The notes: generated from the letters alone by a model not told the origin. A stretch of DNA of 63,886 bases from an uncultured Vicinamibacterales bacterium (GCA_964491885.1 CAZBIP010000001.1:10745-74630); one strand, 5' to 3'; counted from the stretch's first letter, positions 28,945-37,882 are shown. Made by a program: numbers and translations.

Positions 28945-31011
28945 GTGAAGCCAAGCCGCGCCGCCGTCATCGCCGCCTCCTGCCTCGCGGCCCTGAGCGC
29001 CGTCTCGTGCCAGAAGGCCGGCCCGGCCGGGCGCTACGCGCAGAAGATGGTCATCCTCGGGTTCGACGGCATGGAGCCGACGCTGACCGAGCGGTGGATG
29101 TCCGAGGGCCGGCTGCCGAACATGGCGAAACTGGCGGCCGAGGGCGGCTATGCCCGCCTCGAGACGAGCCACTCGCCCGAATCACCCACCTCGTGGGCGT
29201 CGTTCGCCACCGGATCGAACGCGGGCAAGCACAACATCTTCGACTTCCTCGTCCGCGACACGAAGACGTACATGCCCGACCTCGGGATCGTGAAGAAGGC
29301 GATGCCCGAGTTTCTCTTCGACTTCGTGCCGGTCAAGATGCCCAGGATCACGTCGATCCGGGGAGGCACGTCGTTCTGGGTGACCGCCGGGCGGAGCGGG
29401 GTGCGATCGAGCATCCTGACGGTCCCGGTCACGTTCCCGCCCGAGGACGTCGAGCACGGCGAGATCCTGTCCGGGCTGCCGCTGCCGGACATCCGCGCCA
29501 CGATCGGGACGTTCTCCTACTTCGCGACCGACCTCTCGCGCTACGAGGAAGGCAACACCGAGATGGGCGGCATCCTCAAGCGCCTGGTCATGGACAAGGG
29601 CGTCGCCCGCACCGAACTCGTCGGCCCGCAGAACCCGATCGTCAAGGCGCGTCAGCGGAAGATCCTGGCGAAGGGCCCCGCGCTCTCGGATGGGGACAAG
29701 GCGGAGCTGGCCGAATTGACGGCGCGGGAGGACATCCGGCTGCCCATCACCGTGCACTGGCACCGGCCCGAGCGCCGGGCCACGATCGAGATCGGCGGCC
29801 ACAGCGTCGGGCTGGCCGAGGGCGAGTGGAGCAAGTGGATCACGCTCGAGTTCAAGGCGAACCTGCTCGTGCGCATGCACGGCATGGCCCAGCTGCACCT
29901 CGCGCGCGCCGACCAGGAGCTCCAGCTCTACATCTCGCCGGTGAACTGGCGTCCGGACAAGCCGCTGGTGCCGATCTCGTCGCCGGCGTCGTTCTCGTCC
30001 GACCTGGTCGAACGCCTCGGGCTCTACCGGACGCTCGGCTGGGCCGAGGCCACCTGGCCGTTCAACGAGGACCGGATCGACGACAAGGCGTTCATGGACG
30101 ACCTGCTGGTGGCCTTCGAGGATCGCGCCAACGTCCTGCTGCACCGCCTTGACGCGCGGAAGTGGGACGTCGTGGTGTGGGTCTCGGAGTCGACGGATCG
30201 CGTCCAGCACATGATGTGGCGCTTCCTCGACAAGACGCACCCGATGTACGACGAGGCCGAGGCCGCGAAGCACGGCGACGCGATCCTCCGGGTGTACCAG
30301 CGCGCGGACCAGCTCGTGGGCGAGGTGCTGGAGCGCGTGGAGCCGGGGACCCACGTGATCGTGATGTCCGACCACGGGTTCCATTCGTTCCGCCAGGCGG
30401 TGAACCTCAACACCTGGCTGGTGAACGAGGGCTATCTCGCCATCAAGGGGCAGCGCGCCGAGATGAAGGGCATGAACGAGATGTTCCTCGGCAGCGGCGA
30501 GTTCTGGGAGAAGGTCGACTGGCCGCGGACCAAGGCCTACGCGATGGGACTCGGGCAGGTGTTCATCAACCTGCAGGGCCGGGAAGGCCAGGGAGCCGTC
30601 GCGCCGTCGGACTATCAGGCCGTCGTCGACGAATTGGCGGCGAAGCTGCTGACCATCACCGACCCGAAGACCGGCGGGCGGATCATGAGCGGCGCCTACA
30701 AGCGCGCCGACATCTACTCGGGCCCGTACTTCGAGAACGCGCCCGACATCCAGACGGGGATGGCGGACGGCTACCGGGTGTCGTGGCAGACGACGCTGGG
30801 CGGATCGCCGCCCGGCGACATCCTGTACCCGAACATGCGCAAGTGGAGCGGAGACCACTGCGGGTTCGACTACAAGACCATTCCGGGAATCCTGATCTCG
30901 AACCGCGCGATCGCCGTCGCGGACCCGCGCGTGATCGACCTCGCTCCCTCGGTGCTGCGGTACTTCGGGGTGCCGGTCCCGGCGGAGATGGACGGCAAGC
31001 CGCTGTTCTGA
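28945..31011 (+). CDS. alkaline-phosphatase-superfamily lipoprotein (type I phosphodiesterase/nucleotide pyrophosphatase family)
   Basis: 688 aa. GTG start with AAGGGAG upstream. A lipoprotein-like signal (AALSAVSC) is present. Motifs ILGFDGM, MSDHGFHSF and SGDHCGFD are present. Confidence 0.85.
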   Translation: MKPSRAAVIAASCLAALSAVSCQKAGPAGRYAQKMVILGFDGMEPTLTERWMSEGRLPNMAKLAAEGGYARLETSHSPESPTSWASFATGSNAGKHNIFDFLVRDTKTYMPDLGIVKKAMPEFLFDFVPVKMPRITSIRGGTSFWVTAGRSGVRSSILTVPVTFPPEDVEHGEILSGLPLPDIRATIGTFSYFATDLSRYEEGNTEMGGILKRLVMDKGVARTELVGPQNPIVKARQRKILAKGPALSDGDKAELAELTAREDIRLPITVHWHRPERRATIEIGGHSVGLAEGEWSKWITLEFKANLLVRMHGMAQLHLARADQELQLYISPVNWRPDKPLVPISSPASFSSDLVERLGLYRTLGWAEATWPFNEDRIDDKAFMDDLLVAFEDRANVLLHRLDARKWDVVVWVSESTDRVQHMMWRFLDKTHPMYDEAEAAKHGDAILRVYQRADQLVGEVLERVEPGTHVIVMSDHGFHSFRQAVNLNTWLVNEGYLAIKGQRAEMKGMNEMFLGSGEFWEKVDWPRTKAYAMGLGQVFINLQGREGQGAVAPSDYQAVVDELAAKLLTITDPKTGGRIMSGAYKRADIYSGPYFENAPDIQTGMADGYRVSWQTTLGGSPPGDILYPNMRKWSGDHCGFDYKTIPGILISNRAIAVADPRVIDLAPSVLRYFGVPVPAEMDGKPLF

Positions 31012-32246
31012 TGGCGATGACACTGCCCATGCCAGCCGCCCGCGGTGAGGCCCGCGCCGCCCTGCGCCTGGCGGCCGGGACCGTCCTGGTTGCGCTGCTC
31101 GCCGCGCTGCCCGCGCTGGCGGCGCGCGGTGCGGCGACGCAGTCGCCCGGGAGTGACGGGACCGTCGCGCTCGACAGGCGCGCCGCCGCGCGCATCGCGG
31201 ACCTGAGGCGCGAGGCGGACAGCCTGGCCTCGCGCGAGCGGACGCTGGTCGAGGAGCTGCGCCGGCTCGAGGTCGGGCGCGATCTCCGCGCGGCCGAATT
31301 CGGCGAGCGCGCGCGGGACCTCGATCGCATCCAGGCCGACCTCGACACGACGGCAAGGCGCATCCTGGAACTCGAGCGCGCCTCGGCGTCGCAACTGCCC
31401 GACCTCTCGGCCCGGATGGTGGAACTCTACAAGATCGGCAACGGCGGCTACCTCCGCCTGCTCCTGAACGTCGACGACCTGCGCGAGATGGGGCGGGCCT
31501 ACCGCTTCGTGTCGGGGCTGCAGGGGTTCGACCGGCGGCGCGTGGCCGAGCACCGGAAGACCCTCGCGGAACTGCGGAAGGCCCAGTCCGCCATCGAGGC
31601 GCGGCGCGCCGAGGCCGGCCGGGCGCACGACGAGGTAGCCCGGGCCCGGGACGCCGCGGCGGCGGCCGTCGAGGCCCACGAGGACCTGATCCGGCAGATC
31701 GACGCCCGCCGCGATCTCGCCGCCCAGTTCGTGCGCGAACTGGAGGCCGCGCGCGAGTCGCTGCAGCAGGCGCTGGACGAGGCGGCCCGCGGCGCGGCAG
31801 GCGGCGCGCCCGGGCTGCCCGTGCTGCCGCTGCGCCCGTTCAGGGGCGACCTCGACTGGCCGGCCGCCGGCCCCCTCGTCGGGGGGTTCGGGCGCCAGGT
31901 CGACCGCCGGTTCCACACGTCGACCGTGTCGAACGGCGTGCGCATCCGCGCCGCGCTGTCGACGCCGGTCGAGGCGATCCACGAAGGCACCGTGGTGTTC
32001 GCGTCGTCGTTCGCCGGGTTCGGCAAGCTGGTCATCGTGGATCACGGGGCGGCGGCGTTCTCCCTGTACGGCTACCTCGCCGAGATCGACGTGACGTCCG
32101 GCGAGCGCGTCGCGCGCGGGCAAGTGCTCGGCAGCGCGGGCGCGGGGCCGAACGGCGAACCGGGGCTGTACTTCGAGCTCCGCATCGACGGCAAGCCCGT
32201 CGATCCACTACAATGGCTGAGACGGAAGACTCCCCCCATTCCATGA
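31011..32246 (+). CDS. envC: murein hydrolase activator EnvC-like (coiled coil + M23 peptidase domain)
   Basis: ATG 31011 overlaps the previous stop, and the track ORF 30162-32246 is over-extended. The protein has a signal peptide, a long coiled coil and a C-terminal M23-like domain (GFGKLVIVDHG...SLYGYL). Confidence 0.85.
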   Translation: MAMTLPMPAARGEARAALRLAAGTVLVALLAALPALAARGAATQSPGSDGTVALDRRAAARIADLRREADSLASRERTLVEELRRLEVGRDLRAAEFGERARDLDRIQADLDTTARRILELERASASQLPDLSARMVELYKIGNGGYLRLLLNVDDLREMGRAYRFVSGLQGFDRRRVAEHRKTLAELRKAQSAIEARRAEAGRAHDEVARARDAAAAAVEAHEDLIRQIDARRDLAAQFVRELEAARESLQQALDEAARGAAGGAPGLPVLPLRPFRGDLDWPAAGPLVGGFGRQVDRRFHTSTVSNGVRIRAALSTPVEAIHEGTVVFASSFAGFGKLVIVDHGAAAFSLYGYLAEIDVTSGERVARGQVLGSAGAGPNGEPGLYFELRIDGKPVDPLQWLRRKTPPIP

Positions 32247-33409
32247 CCACCCGCACGCGCGTCGCCATCATCCTCATCACCGCGCCCGTGCTGGTCTTCG
32301 CGCTCGTGGGCGGCCTGATGGGCAAGTCGCGGGCCGGCGGCGAGACCTACCCTCACCTGCGCGTCTTCGACGATGTCTTCAGCCTGACGACCGGCAACTA
32401 CGTCGAGGACGTGGACGCCGACCGGCTGATGCAGGGAGCGATGCGCGGCCTCGCGGAGTCGCTCGACGCCGACAGCACGTATCTGACGGCCGCCGAGGCG
32501 CGGGCGCTGGAGTCGGGCGCCGGGTCCGGGCCGGCCGAGGTCGGCCTCGACCTCACGCGGCAGTACTACCTCCGGGTCGTGGCGGCGCGCGACCAGTCCC
32601 CGGCGGCCCGCGCGGGGCTCCAGCCCGGCGATTTCATCCGCGCCATCGACGCCTCGCCGACGCGCGAGATGTCCGTGTGGGAAGGCATGAGACGGCTGCG
32701 CGGCGCGCCGGGCACGACAGTGTCGCTGCTGCTCATCCGCGGGAACGCCGCGGAACCGCACGAGGTGCATCTCACGAGAGAAGCCCCCGCCGCCCTGCCG
32801 CTGTCGGCGCGGACGCTCGACGGGGCGGTCGGCTACGTCAGGATTCCCGACATCGCGCCGGGGACGGCGGCGGCCCTCGCGCGGGAATGCCAGCGGCTCC
32901 ACGGCGCGGGTGCGCGCGCCGTCGTGCTCGATCTGCGCGGCACCGCGAGGGGACCGTACGAGGCGGGCATCGCGATGGCCAGGGTGTTCGTGGCGTCGGG
33001 CACGCTGGCGATCCAGGAGGGGCGCGGCGTCAGCCGGCAGGTCGTGACGGCCGGTTCCGGCGACGGAGCCGTGACGATGCCGGTGGCGCTGCTGACGGAC
33101 TTCGGCACGGCCGGCGCGGCGGAGATCTTCGCCGCGGCGCTCACCGCGAACAAGCGGGCCGAGTCGCTGGGAGAACGAACGGCGGGGCGGGCCGCCCGGC
33201 AGCGGCTGTTCACGCTCCCCGACGGCGCGGGCTTGTGGATGTCCCACGCGTGGTACGTGACGCCGGGCGGCGCGGCGATCCACGAGCGGGGGCTCCAGCC
33301 GGACGTTCCGGTCCCGCAACCCGACGTGGAGTTCGGCGCCGCCGCGCCCGCCGGCGACGCGACGCTCGACGAAGCCGTCAAGCGGCTGAAGGCACGGGTC
33401 TCGCCGTGA
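32243..33409 (+). CDS. ctpA: S41 family C-terminal processing peptidase
   Basis: ATG 32243 overlaps the envC stop (ATGA). The protein has an N-terminal TM segment, a PDZ-like region and an S41 core (LDLRGTARG). Confidence 0.85.
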   Translation: MTTRTRVAIILITAPVLVFALVGGLMGKSRAGGETYPHLRVFDDVFSLTTGNYVEDVDADRLMQGAMRGLAESLDADSTYLTAAEARALESGAGSGPAEVGLDLTRQYYLRVVAARDQSPAARAGLQPGDFIRAIDASPTREMSVWEGMRRLRGAPGTTVSLLLIRGNAAEPHEVHLTREAPAALPLSARTLDGAVGYVRIPDIAPGTAAALARECQRLHGAGARAVVLDLRGTARGPYEAGIAMARVFVASGTLAIQEGRGVSRQVVTAGSGDGAVTMPVALLTDFGTAGAAEIFAAALTANKRAESLGERTAGRAARQRLFTLPDGAGLWMSHAWYVTPGGAAIHERGLQPDVPVPQPDVEFGAAAPAGDATLDEAVKRLKARVSP

Positions 33410-33514
33410 CCACGTGAATCGGCTTGACACACCAGAACCCGTTGCGTATAAAACGCGGCGGGGCGAGTGCGGGCGCGTGCCCGCGAACCACACGCTCACA
33501 ACGGAGGAGACGGC

Positions 33515-33787
33515 ATGAACAAGCAGGAACTCATCGCGAAGATCGTCAAGGACACGGGGGCGTCGAAGGCGCTCGTCGGCAAGGTCCTCGACTCGGCAAT
33601 CGACGGCATCAAGAAGACGCTGAAGAAGGGCGACACGATCGCGTTCGTCGGCTTCGGCACGTTCAAGACCTCGGTGCGGAAGGCGCGCGTGGCCCGGAAC
33701 CCGCGGACGGGCGAGGCCATCAAGATCGCGAAGCGCCGCGTGCCGCGGTTCACGGCTGGCAAGGGTCTCAAGGACGCCGTCAAGTAG
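33515..33787 (+). CDS. hup: DNA-binding protein HU
   Basis: ATG 33515 has GGAGGAG upstream. MNKQELIAKIVKDTG...ARNPRTGEAIKIAKRRVPRFTAGK is typical HU. Confidence 0.95.
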   Translation: MNKQELIAKIVKDTGASKALVGKVLDSAIDGIKKTLKKGDTIAFVGFGTFKTSVRKARVARNPRTGEAIKIAKRRVPRFTAGKGLKDAVK

Positions 33788-33885
33788 GCGCGGAACGCGC
33801 ACAGGATGCCGGCCGACCGGCCCGGCGGCGCGTGGACGTGCCCGCGCGCGCCGCGGCCGGCCTCGGCAGGCTCCGGGTGTCTGCG

Positions 33886-33915
33886 TTGACGTTCGGCCGG
33901 GCCGGCTGCTATATT
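33886..33915 (+). promoter_or_regulatory. candidate sigma70 promoter for tRNA-Val (and possibly thrS operon)
   Basis: TTGACG (33886-33891), an 18-nt spacer, then TATATT (33910-33915), about 35 nt upstream of the tRNA 5' end. Confidence 0.45.
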
Positions 33916-33949
33916 AGATGGTCCGGTACGCCTTGTCTTGTCGCGACTT

Positions 33950-34026
33950 AGGCGCGTAGCTCAGATGGTTAGAGCGCCTGCTTGACACGCAGGAGGTCAG
34001 CGGTTCGAGTCCGCTCGTGCCTACCA
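33950..34026 (+). tRNA. tRNA-Val (anticodon GAC), CCA encoded
   Basis: Manual cloverleaf. The acceptor AGGCGCG pairs with CGTGCCT, the D-arm is GCTCAGATGGTTAGAGC, the anticodon stem-loop is CCTGC-TTGACAC-GCAGG, and the T-arm is CAGCGGTTCGAGTCCGCTC. Discriminator A and CCA follow. Confidence 0.92.
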
Positions 34027-34108
34027 CTTCCCCGATACCCGCAGGCAGGTCGGTTGGGGTGGGAATCCAGAGCCCGCCGGGGGCCCGCATCTGCCGTGCT
34101 GACGTAAC

Positions 34109-36037
34109 ATGAGCCAGATCGCCGTCACGCTGCCCGATGGTTCCGTCTCGCGCGTGGAGCCGGGAACGCGCGTTCGCGACATTGCGGCCTCGATTTCGCC
34201 GCGGCTGGCGAAGTCTGCGCTGGCGGCCGTTGTCGGCGACCGGATGGTCGATCTCTCCTACCCCCTCGAGGCCGATGCCTCGGTCAGGATTGTCACGCCC
34301 GAGAGCCCCGAGGCGCTGGACGTCTACCGGCACTCGGCCGCGCACCTCATGGCCGCCGCCGTCGTCGCGCTGTTTCCCGGGGCCCAGTGCGGCATCGGGC
34401 CCGCCACCGACGAGGGGTTCTTCTACGACTTCGTCGTGGACCGCCCGTTCGTCCCGGAGGACCTCGAGGCCATCGAGCGGAAGATGCGGGAGCTCGCCGC
34501 GCGCGATCTCCCGTTCGAGCGCCGGATGATCCCCAAGGACGAGGCGATGGCGCACTTCGCGTCGCGCGGGGAGCCGCTGAAGGTCCAGCTCATCGACGAA
34601 AAGGGCGGCGCGGTGGTGTCCTGCTACGCCATCGAGGACGCCTTCATCGACTTCTGCACGGGCCCGCACGTCCCGTCGACGGGCCGCCTGAAGGCGTTCA
34701 AGCTGCTCAGCACCTCGAACGCGTACTGGAAGGGCGACGCGAAGAACCAGCCGATGCAGCGGATCTACGGGACGGCTTTCTTCGGCGAGGCCGACCTGAA
34801 GGCCCACCTGCAGCGCATCGAAGAGGCGAAGAAGCGGGACCACCGGAAGCTCGGGCGCGACCTGGGCCTCTTCACGTTCCACCCGTGGGCGCCGGGGGCG
34901 GCGTTCTGGCTGGCCAAGGGCACGACGCTCTACAACCTGCTGGCGGACTACATGCGGGGCGTGCTTTTCCCGGCCGGCTACGTCGAGATCAAGACGCCGC
35001 TGATCTTCAACAAGGCGCTCTGGGAGACCTCCGGCCACTGGCAGCACTACCGGGAGAACATGTTCCTGGTGGAGGCCGAAGACGAGCAGATGGGCGTGAA
35101 GGCCATGAACTGCCCCGGCCACATGCTCGTGTTCGGCGCCGAGGGCCGCAGCTACCGGGACCTGCCCCTGCGCTACCACGAGCAGAGCCCGCTGCACCGG
35201 AACGAAGCCTCCGGCGTGCTGACGGGCCTCACGCGGGTCCGGCAGTTCGCGCAGGACGACGCGCACATCTTCGTGATGGAGTCGCAGATCCGCGACGAGG
35301 TGGAGCGCCTGATCCGCCTGGTCGAGCGCGTGTACGGCGACTTCGGCCTCCCGTTCTCGATGAAGTTCTCGACGCGCCCGGCCGACTTCGCCGGCGAAGC
35401 CTCGGCCTGGGATCACGCGGAGGCCGAACTGCGCCTGGCCATGGAGGCGGTGGGACGGCCCTACACCGTGGAGGAAGGCGGCGGCGCGTTCTACGGCCCC
35501 AAGATCGACTTCGACGTCACCGACGCCCTCGGCCGCCGCTGGCAGTGCGCGACGATCCAGCTCGACTACCAGATGCCGCAGAGCTTCGACCTGAAGTACG
35601 TCGGCGCCGACAACGCGGAGCACCGCCCCGTCGTGATCCACCGGGCGATCTTCGGGAGCTTCGAGCGGTTCATCGCCGTGCTGGTCGAGCACTACGCCGG
35701 GGCGTTCCCGCTGTGGATCGCGCCGGTGCAGGCCGTCGTGCTGCCGATCGCCGACCGCCACGCGGCGTACGCCGCGGGCGTGCGCGACCGCCTCGCGTCG
35801 GCGGGGCTGCGCGCGGAGCTCGACGACCGCCAGGAGAAGATCGGGTATAAGATCCGCGAGGCGCAGCTGCAAAAGGTGCCGTACATGCTGGTCGTCGGCG
35901 ACCGGGAGATGGCCGACGGCACGGTGTCGGTGCGGAGCCGTGCGGCCGGCGATCAGGGCCCGGCCGCCGTCGAGGCCTTCATCGAGGCCGCCCGTGCCGA
36001 GGTCCATCGGCTGGGGCGCGGCCCCCTGGAACAGTAG
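34109..36037 (+). CDS. thrS: threonine--tRNA ligase
   Basis: 642 aa with an N-terminal TGS domain and class II motifs (HRNEASGVLTGLTRVRQFAQDDAHIF). Confidence 0.95.
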   Translation: MSQIAVTLPDGSVSRVEPGTRVRDIAASISPRLAKSALAAVVGDRMVDLSYPLEADASVRIVTPESPEALDVYRHSAAHLMAAAVVALFPGAQCGIGPATDEGFFYDFVVDRPFVPEDLEAIERKMRELAARDLPFERRMIPKDEAMAHFASRGEPLKVQLIDEKGGAVVSCYAIEDAFIDFCTGPHVPSTGRLKAFKLLSTSNAYWKGDAKNQPMQRIYGTAFFGEADLKAHLQRIEEAKKRDHRKLGRDLGLFTFHPWAPGAAFWLAKGTTLYNLLADYMRGVLFPAGYVEIKTPLIFNKALWETSGHWQHYRENMFLVEAEDEQMGVKAMNCPGHMLVFGAEGRSYRDLPLRYHEQSPLHRNEASGVLTGLTRVRQFAQDDAHIFVMESQIRDEVERLIRLVERVYGDFGLPFSMKFSTRPADFAGEASAWDHAEAELRLAMEAVGRPYTVEEGGGAFYGPKIDFDVTDALGRRWQCATIQLDYQMPQSFDLKYVGADNAEHRPVVIHRAIFGSFERFIAVLVEHYAGAFPLWIAPVQAVVLPIADRHAAYAAGVRDRLASAGLRAELDDRQEKIGYKIREAQLQKVPYMLVVGDREMADGTVSVRSRAAGDQGPAAVEAFIEAARAEVHRLGRGPLEQ

Positions 36038-36046
36038 GAGGCTCCT

Positions 36047-36778
36047 ATCGCTTTCGATCGCTTCGGTCCACGCCGCGAAGAGCGCACACGCGTCAACGAG
36101 CGCATCCGGGTGCGCGAAGTCCGCGTGATCGACGACACCGGCCAGCAGCTGGGCATCATGCCGCCGCCGCAGGCCCTCGCCCTCGCCCGCAGCAAGGGCC
36201 TGGATCTCGTGGAGGTCGCGGCCGCGGCGAGCCCGCCCGTCTGCCGCATCATGGACTTCGGGAAGTACCAGTACCAGGAGCAGAAGCGGCAGCGGGAGGC
36301 ACGCAAGCACCAGAAGGTGACCGACGTCAAGGAGATCAAGTTCCGGCCGAAGGTCGACGAGCACGACTACCAGTTCAAGAAGAAGCACATCGTGCGCTTC
36401 CTGGCCGATGGCGACAAGGTGAAGGCGACGATCTTCTTCCGCGGCCGCGAGCAGGCGCATCCCGAGATCGGCCGGCGCATCCTGGAACGGCTCATGATGG
36501 AACTGGAGCACGCCGCGATCGCCGAGAACGTGCCGCGGAAGGAAGGCAACACGATGCACGTCATCCTGGCGCGCAAGCCTGGCTGGAAGCCGGCCCCGGC
36601 TCCGAAGCCGGCGCCCGTGCCCGCCGGGACGGCCCCGAAGGCAGCCGGGCCCGCCGGGGCGGCGCCGCCGGAACCGGACGACGACCTCGAACCGTTGGAG
36701 GAACTCGAGGTCTTGGACGAGACCGACGCGGCCGACGAGCCCGGGGACGACGATCCGTCCGCCGGATCCGAGGCGTGA
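36047..36778 (+). CDS. infC: translation initiation factor IF-3 (non-canonical ATC start; acidic/Pro-Ala-rich C-terminal tail)
   Basis: The track start GTG 36110 falls inside the conserved N-terminal RVNERIRVREVRV motif. The frame is open back to the thrS TAG at 36035. The only near-cognate start with a Shine-Dalgarno sequence is ATC 36047, 5 nt after AGGAGG. Confidence 0.8.
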   Translation: MAFDRFGPRREERTRVNERIRVREVRVIDDTGQQLGIMPPPQALALARSKGLDLVEVAAAASPPVCRIMDFGKYQYQEQKRQREARKHQKVTDVKEIKFRPKVDEHDYQFKKKHIVRFLADGDKVKATIFFRGREQAHPEIGRRILERLMMELEHAAIAENVPRKEGNTMHVILARKPGWKPAPAPKPAPVPAGTAPKAAGPAGAAPPEPDDDLEPLEELEVLDETDAADEPGDDDPSAGSEA

Positions 36779-36804
36779 GAGAGGGACAGGAGTAGCAGCA
36801 GGTC

Positions 36805-37002
36805 ATGCCCAAGTTGAAGACACATCGGGGGGCCGCCAAGCGGTTCAAGAAGACGGCAACCGGAAAGTTCGTCAGACATTCCGCGTTCAAGCGTCACCAG
36901 GCGGCCAGCAAGACCACCAAGCGGAAGCGGCACCTGGGCAAGTCCAGCGTCGCATCGCCGGCCGACGCGCCGACGCTGGCGCGGATGCTGCCCTACAAGT
37001 AG
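36805..37002 (+). CDS. rpmI: 50S ribosomal protein L35
   Basis: [22 protein letters not shown]..., 65 aa. Confidence 0.95.
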   Translation: MPKLKTHRGAAKRFKKTATGKFVRHSAFKRHQAASKTTKRKRHLGKSSVASPADAPTLARMLPYK

Positions 37003-37089
37003 GGGCTAGGGGCTAGGGGCTAGGCGCTAGGCGCTAGGCGCTAGGGACAAGGGTTAGGGGCTAGGGGCTAGGCGCTAGGCGCTAGTCTG
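37000..37089. repeat. 7-nt tandem array, family B (TAGGGGC x3, TAGGCGC x3, TAGGGAC, AAGGGT, TAGGGGC x2, TAGGCGC x2, TAGTCTG)
   Basis: Read directly from the sequence. The first unit begins with the rpmI TAG stop. The array lies inside the rpmI-rplT intercistronic region. Confidence 0.92.
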
Positions 37090-37203
37090 ATGGGGCGCGG
37101 AGACCTGGGACCCGGGGAAGCCACCCCCCGGTGATCGGCTCAGGCGCCGGGGCGGGCGAGGCCCGCCGGACACGAGTCGTCGAGTGGCCGTGGAGAAACG
37201 AAC

Positions 37204-37572
37204 ATGCCGAGAGTCAAGCGTGGCACCGTGCGGAGAGCCAAGCGCAAGCGGCTCCTGTCCCGTGCCAAGGGTTACTTCCTCAACAAGAGCAAACTGTACC
37301 GGGCCGCGAAGGAAGCGGTCGACCGCGCGGGAAATTTCGCGTTCGTCGGCCGCCGTCGGAAGAAGCGGGATTTCCGGCAGCTCTGGATCGTGCGGATCAA
37401 CGCGGCGGCCCGCGAGAACGGCTCCACCTACCGGGAGCTGATGCAGGGGCTGAAGCTGGCGAGCGTCACGCTCGATCGCAAGCAACTGGCGGACCTGGCG
37501 GTCAACGACGCCGCGGCCTTCGCCAAGGTCGTGGGCCAGGCCAAGCAGGCGGTCGCCGCGGCCAAGGCGTAG
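37204..37572 (+). CDS. rplT: 50S ribosomal protein L20
   Basis: [18 protein letters not shown]..., 122 aa. Confidence 0.95.
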   Translation: MPRVKRGTVRRAKRKRLLSRAKGYFLNKSKLYRAAKEAVDRAGNFAFVGRRRKKRDFRQLWIVRINAAARENGSTYRELMQGLKLASVTLDRKQLADLAVNDAAAFAKVVGQAKQAVAAAKA

Positions 37573-37597
37573 AACCGGACGGCGACGCGGAGCGGCT

Positions 37598-37873
37598 ATG
37601 TTGAAGACAGGACGGCCGGTCGACACCGAAGCCCTCGACCGGCTGGAAGAGAAGGTCAAGCTGCTGGTGGCCCTCATCGGCCGCCTTCGCAGCGAGCAGA
37701 CGCGGATGAGCGACGAGCTCCAGAGAGTCACCAAGGAGCTGGACGCGGCCCGGGCCGGCCTCAAGGAGGCCGACGGCGCGACGGCCGAGGCGGCGGCGCT
37801 GAAGGAAGAGCGCGACCTCATCCGCGCCCGCGTCAGCTCCCTGGTCGAGCAGCTCGAGGGACTCAACATCTAG
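37598..37873 (+). CDS. coiled-coil protein, ZapB-like (putative cell-division factor)
   Basis: 91 aa, predicted to be an all-helical coiled coil, immediately upstream of zapA. The family assignment is tentative. Confidence 0.5.
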   Translation: MLKTGRPVDTEALDRLEEKVKLLVALIGRLRSEQTRMSDELQRVTKELDAARAGLKEADGATAEAAALKEERDLIRARVSSLVEQLEGLNI

Positions 37874-37882
37874 GGCCCGACG

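Noticed and set aside
28945-31011. The alkaline-phosphatase-superfamily protein as a PglZ-type defence (BREX/DISARM-like) component.
   Set aside because: The motifs fit the type I phosphodiesterase/nucleotide pyrophosphatase family with a lipoprotein signal. The neighbours are envC, ctpA and ruvX. No methyltransferase, ATPase or other defence genes are nearby.
33950-34026. tRNA-Val as an integration hotspot flanked by a genomic island.
   Set aside because: No integrase, direct repeat of the tRNA 3' end or compositional shift follows. The next gene is thrS, in a standard thrS-infC-rpmI-rplT operon.
37000-37089. The repeat arrays as CRISPR arrays.
   Set aside because: The period is 7 nt with no unique spacers, the arrays are 21-90 nt long, and there are no cas genes in the window. 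They are simple tandem repeats.
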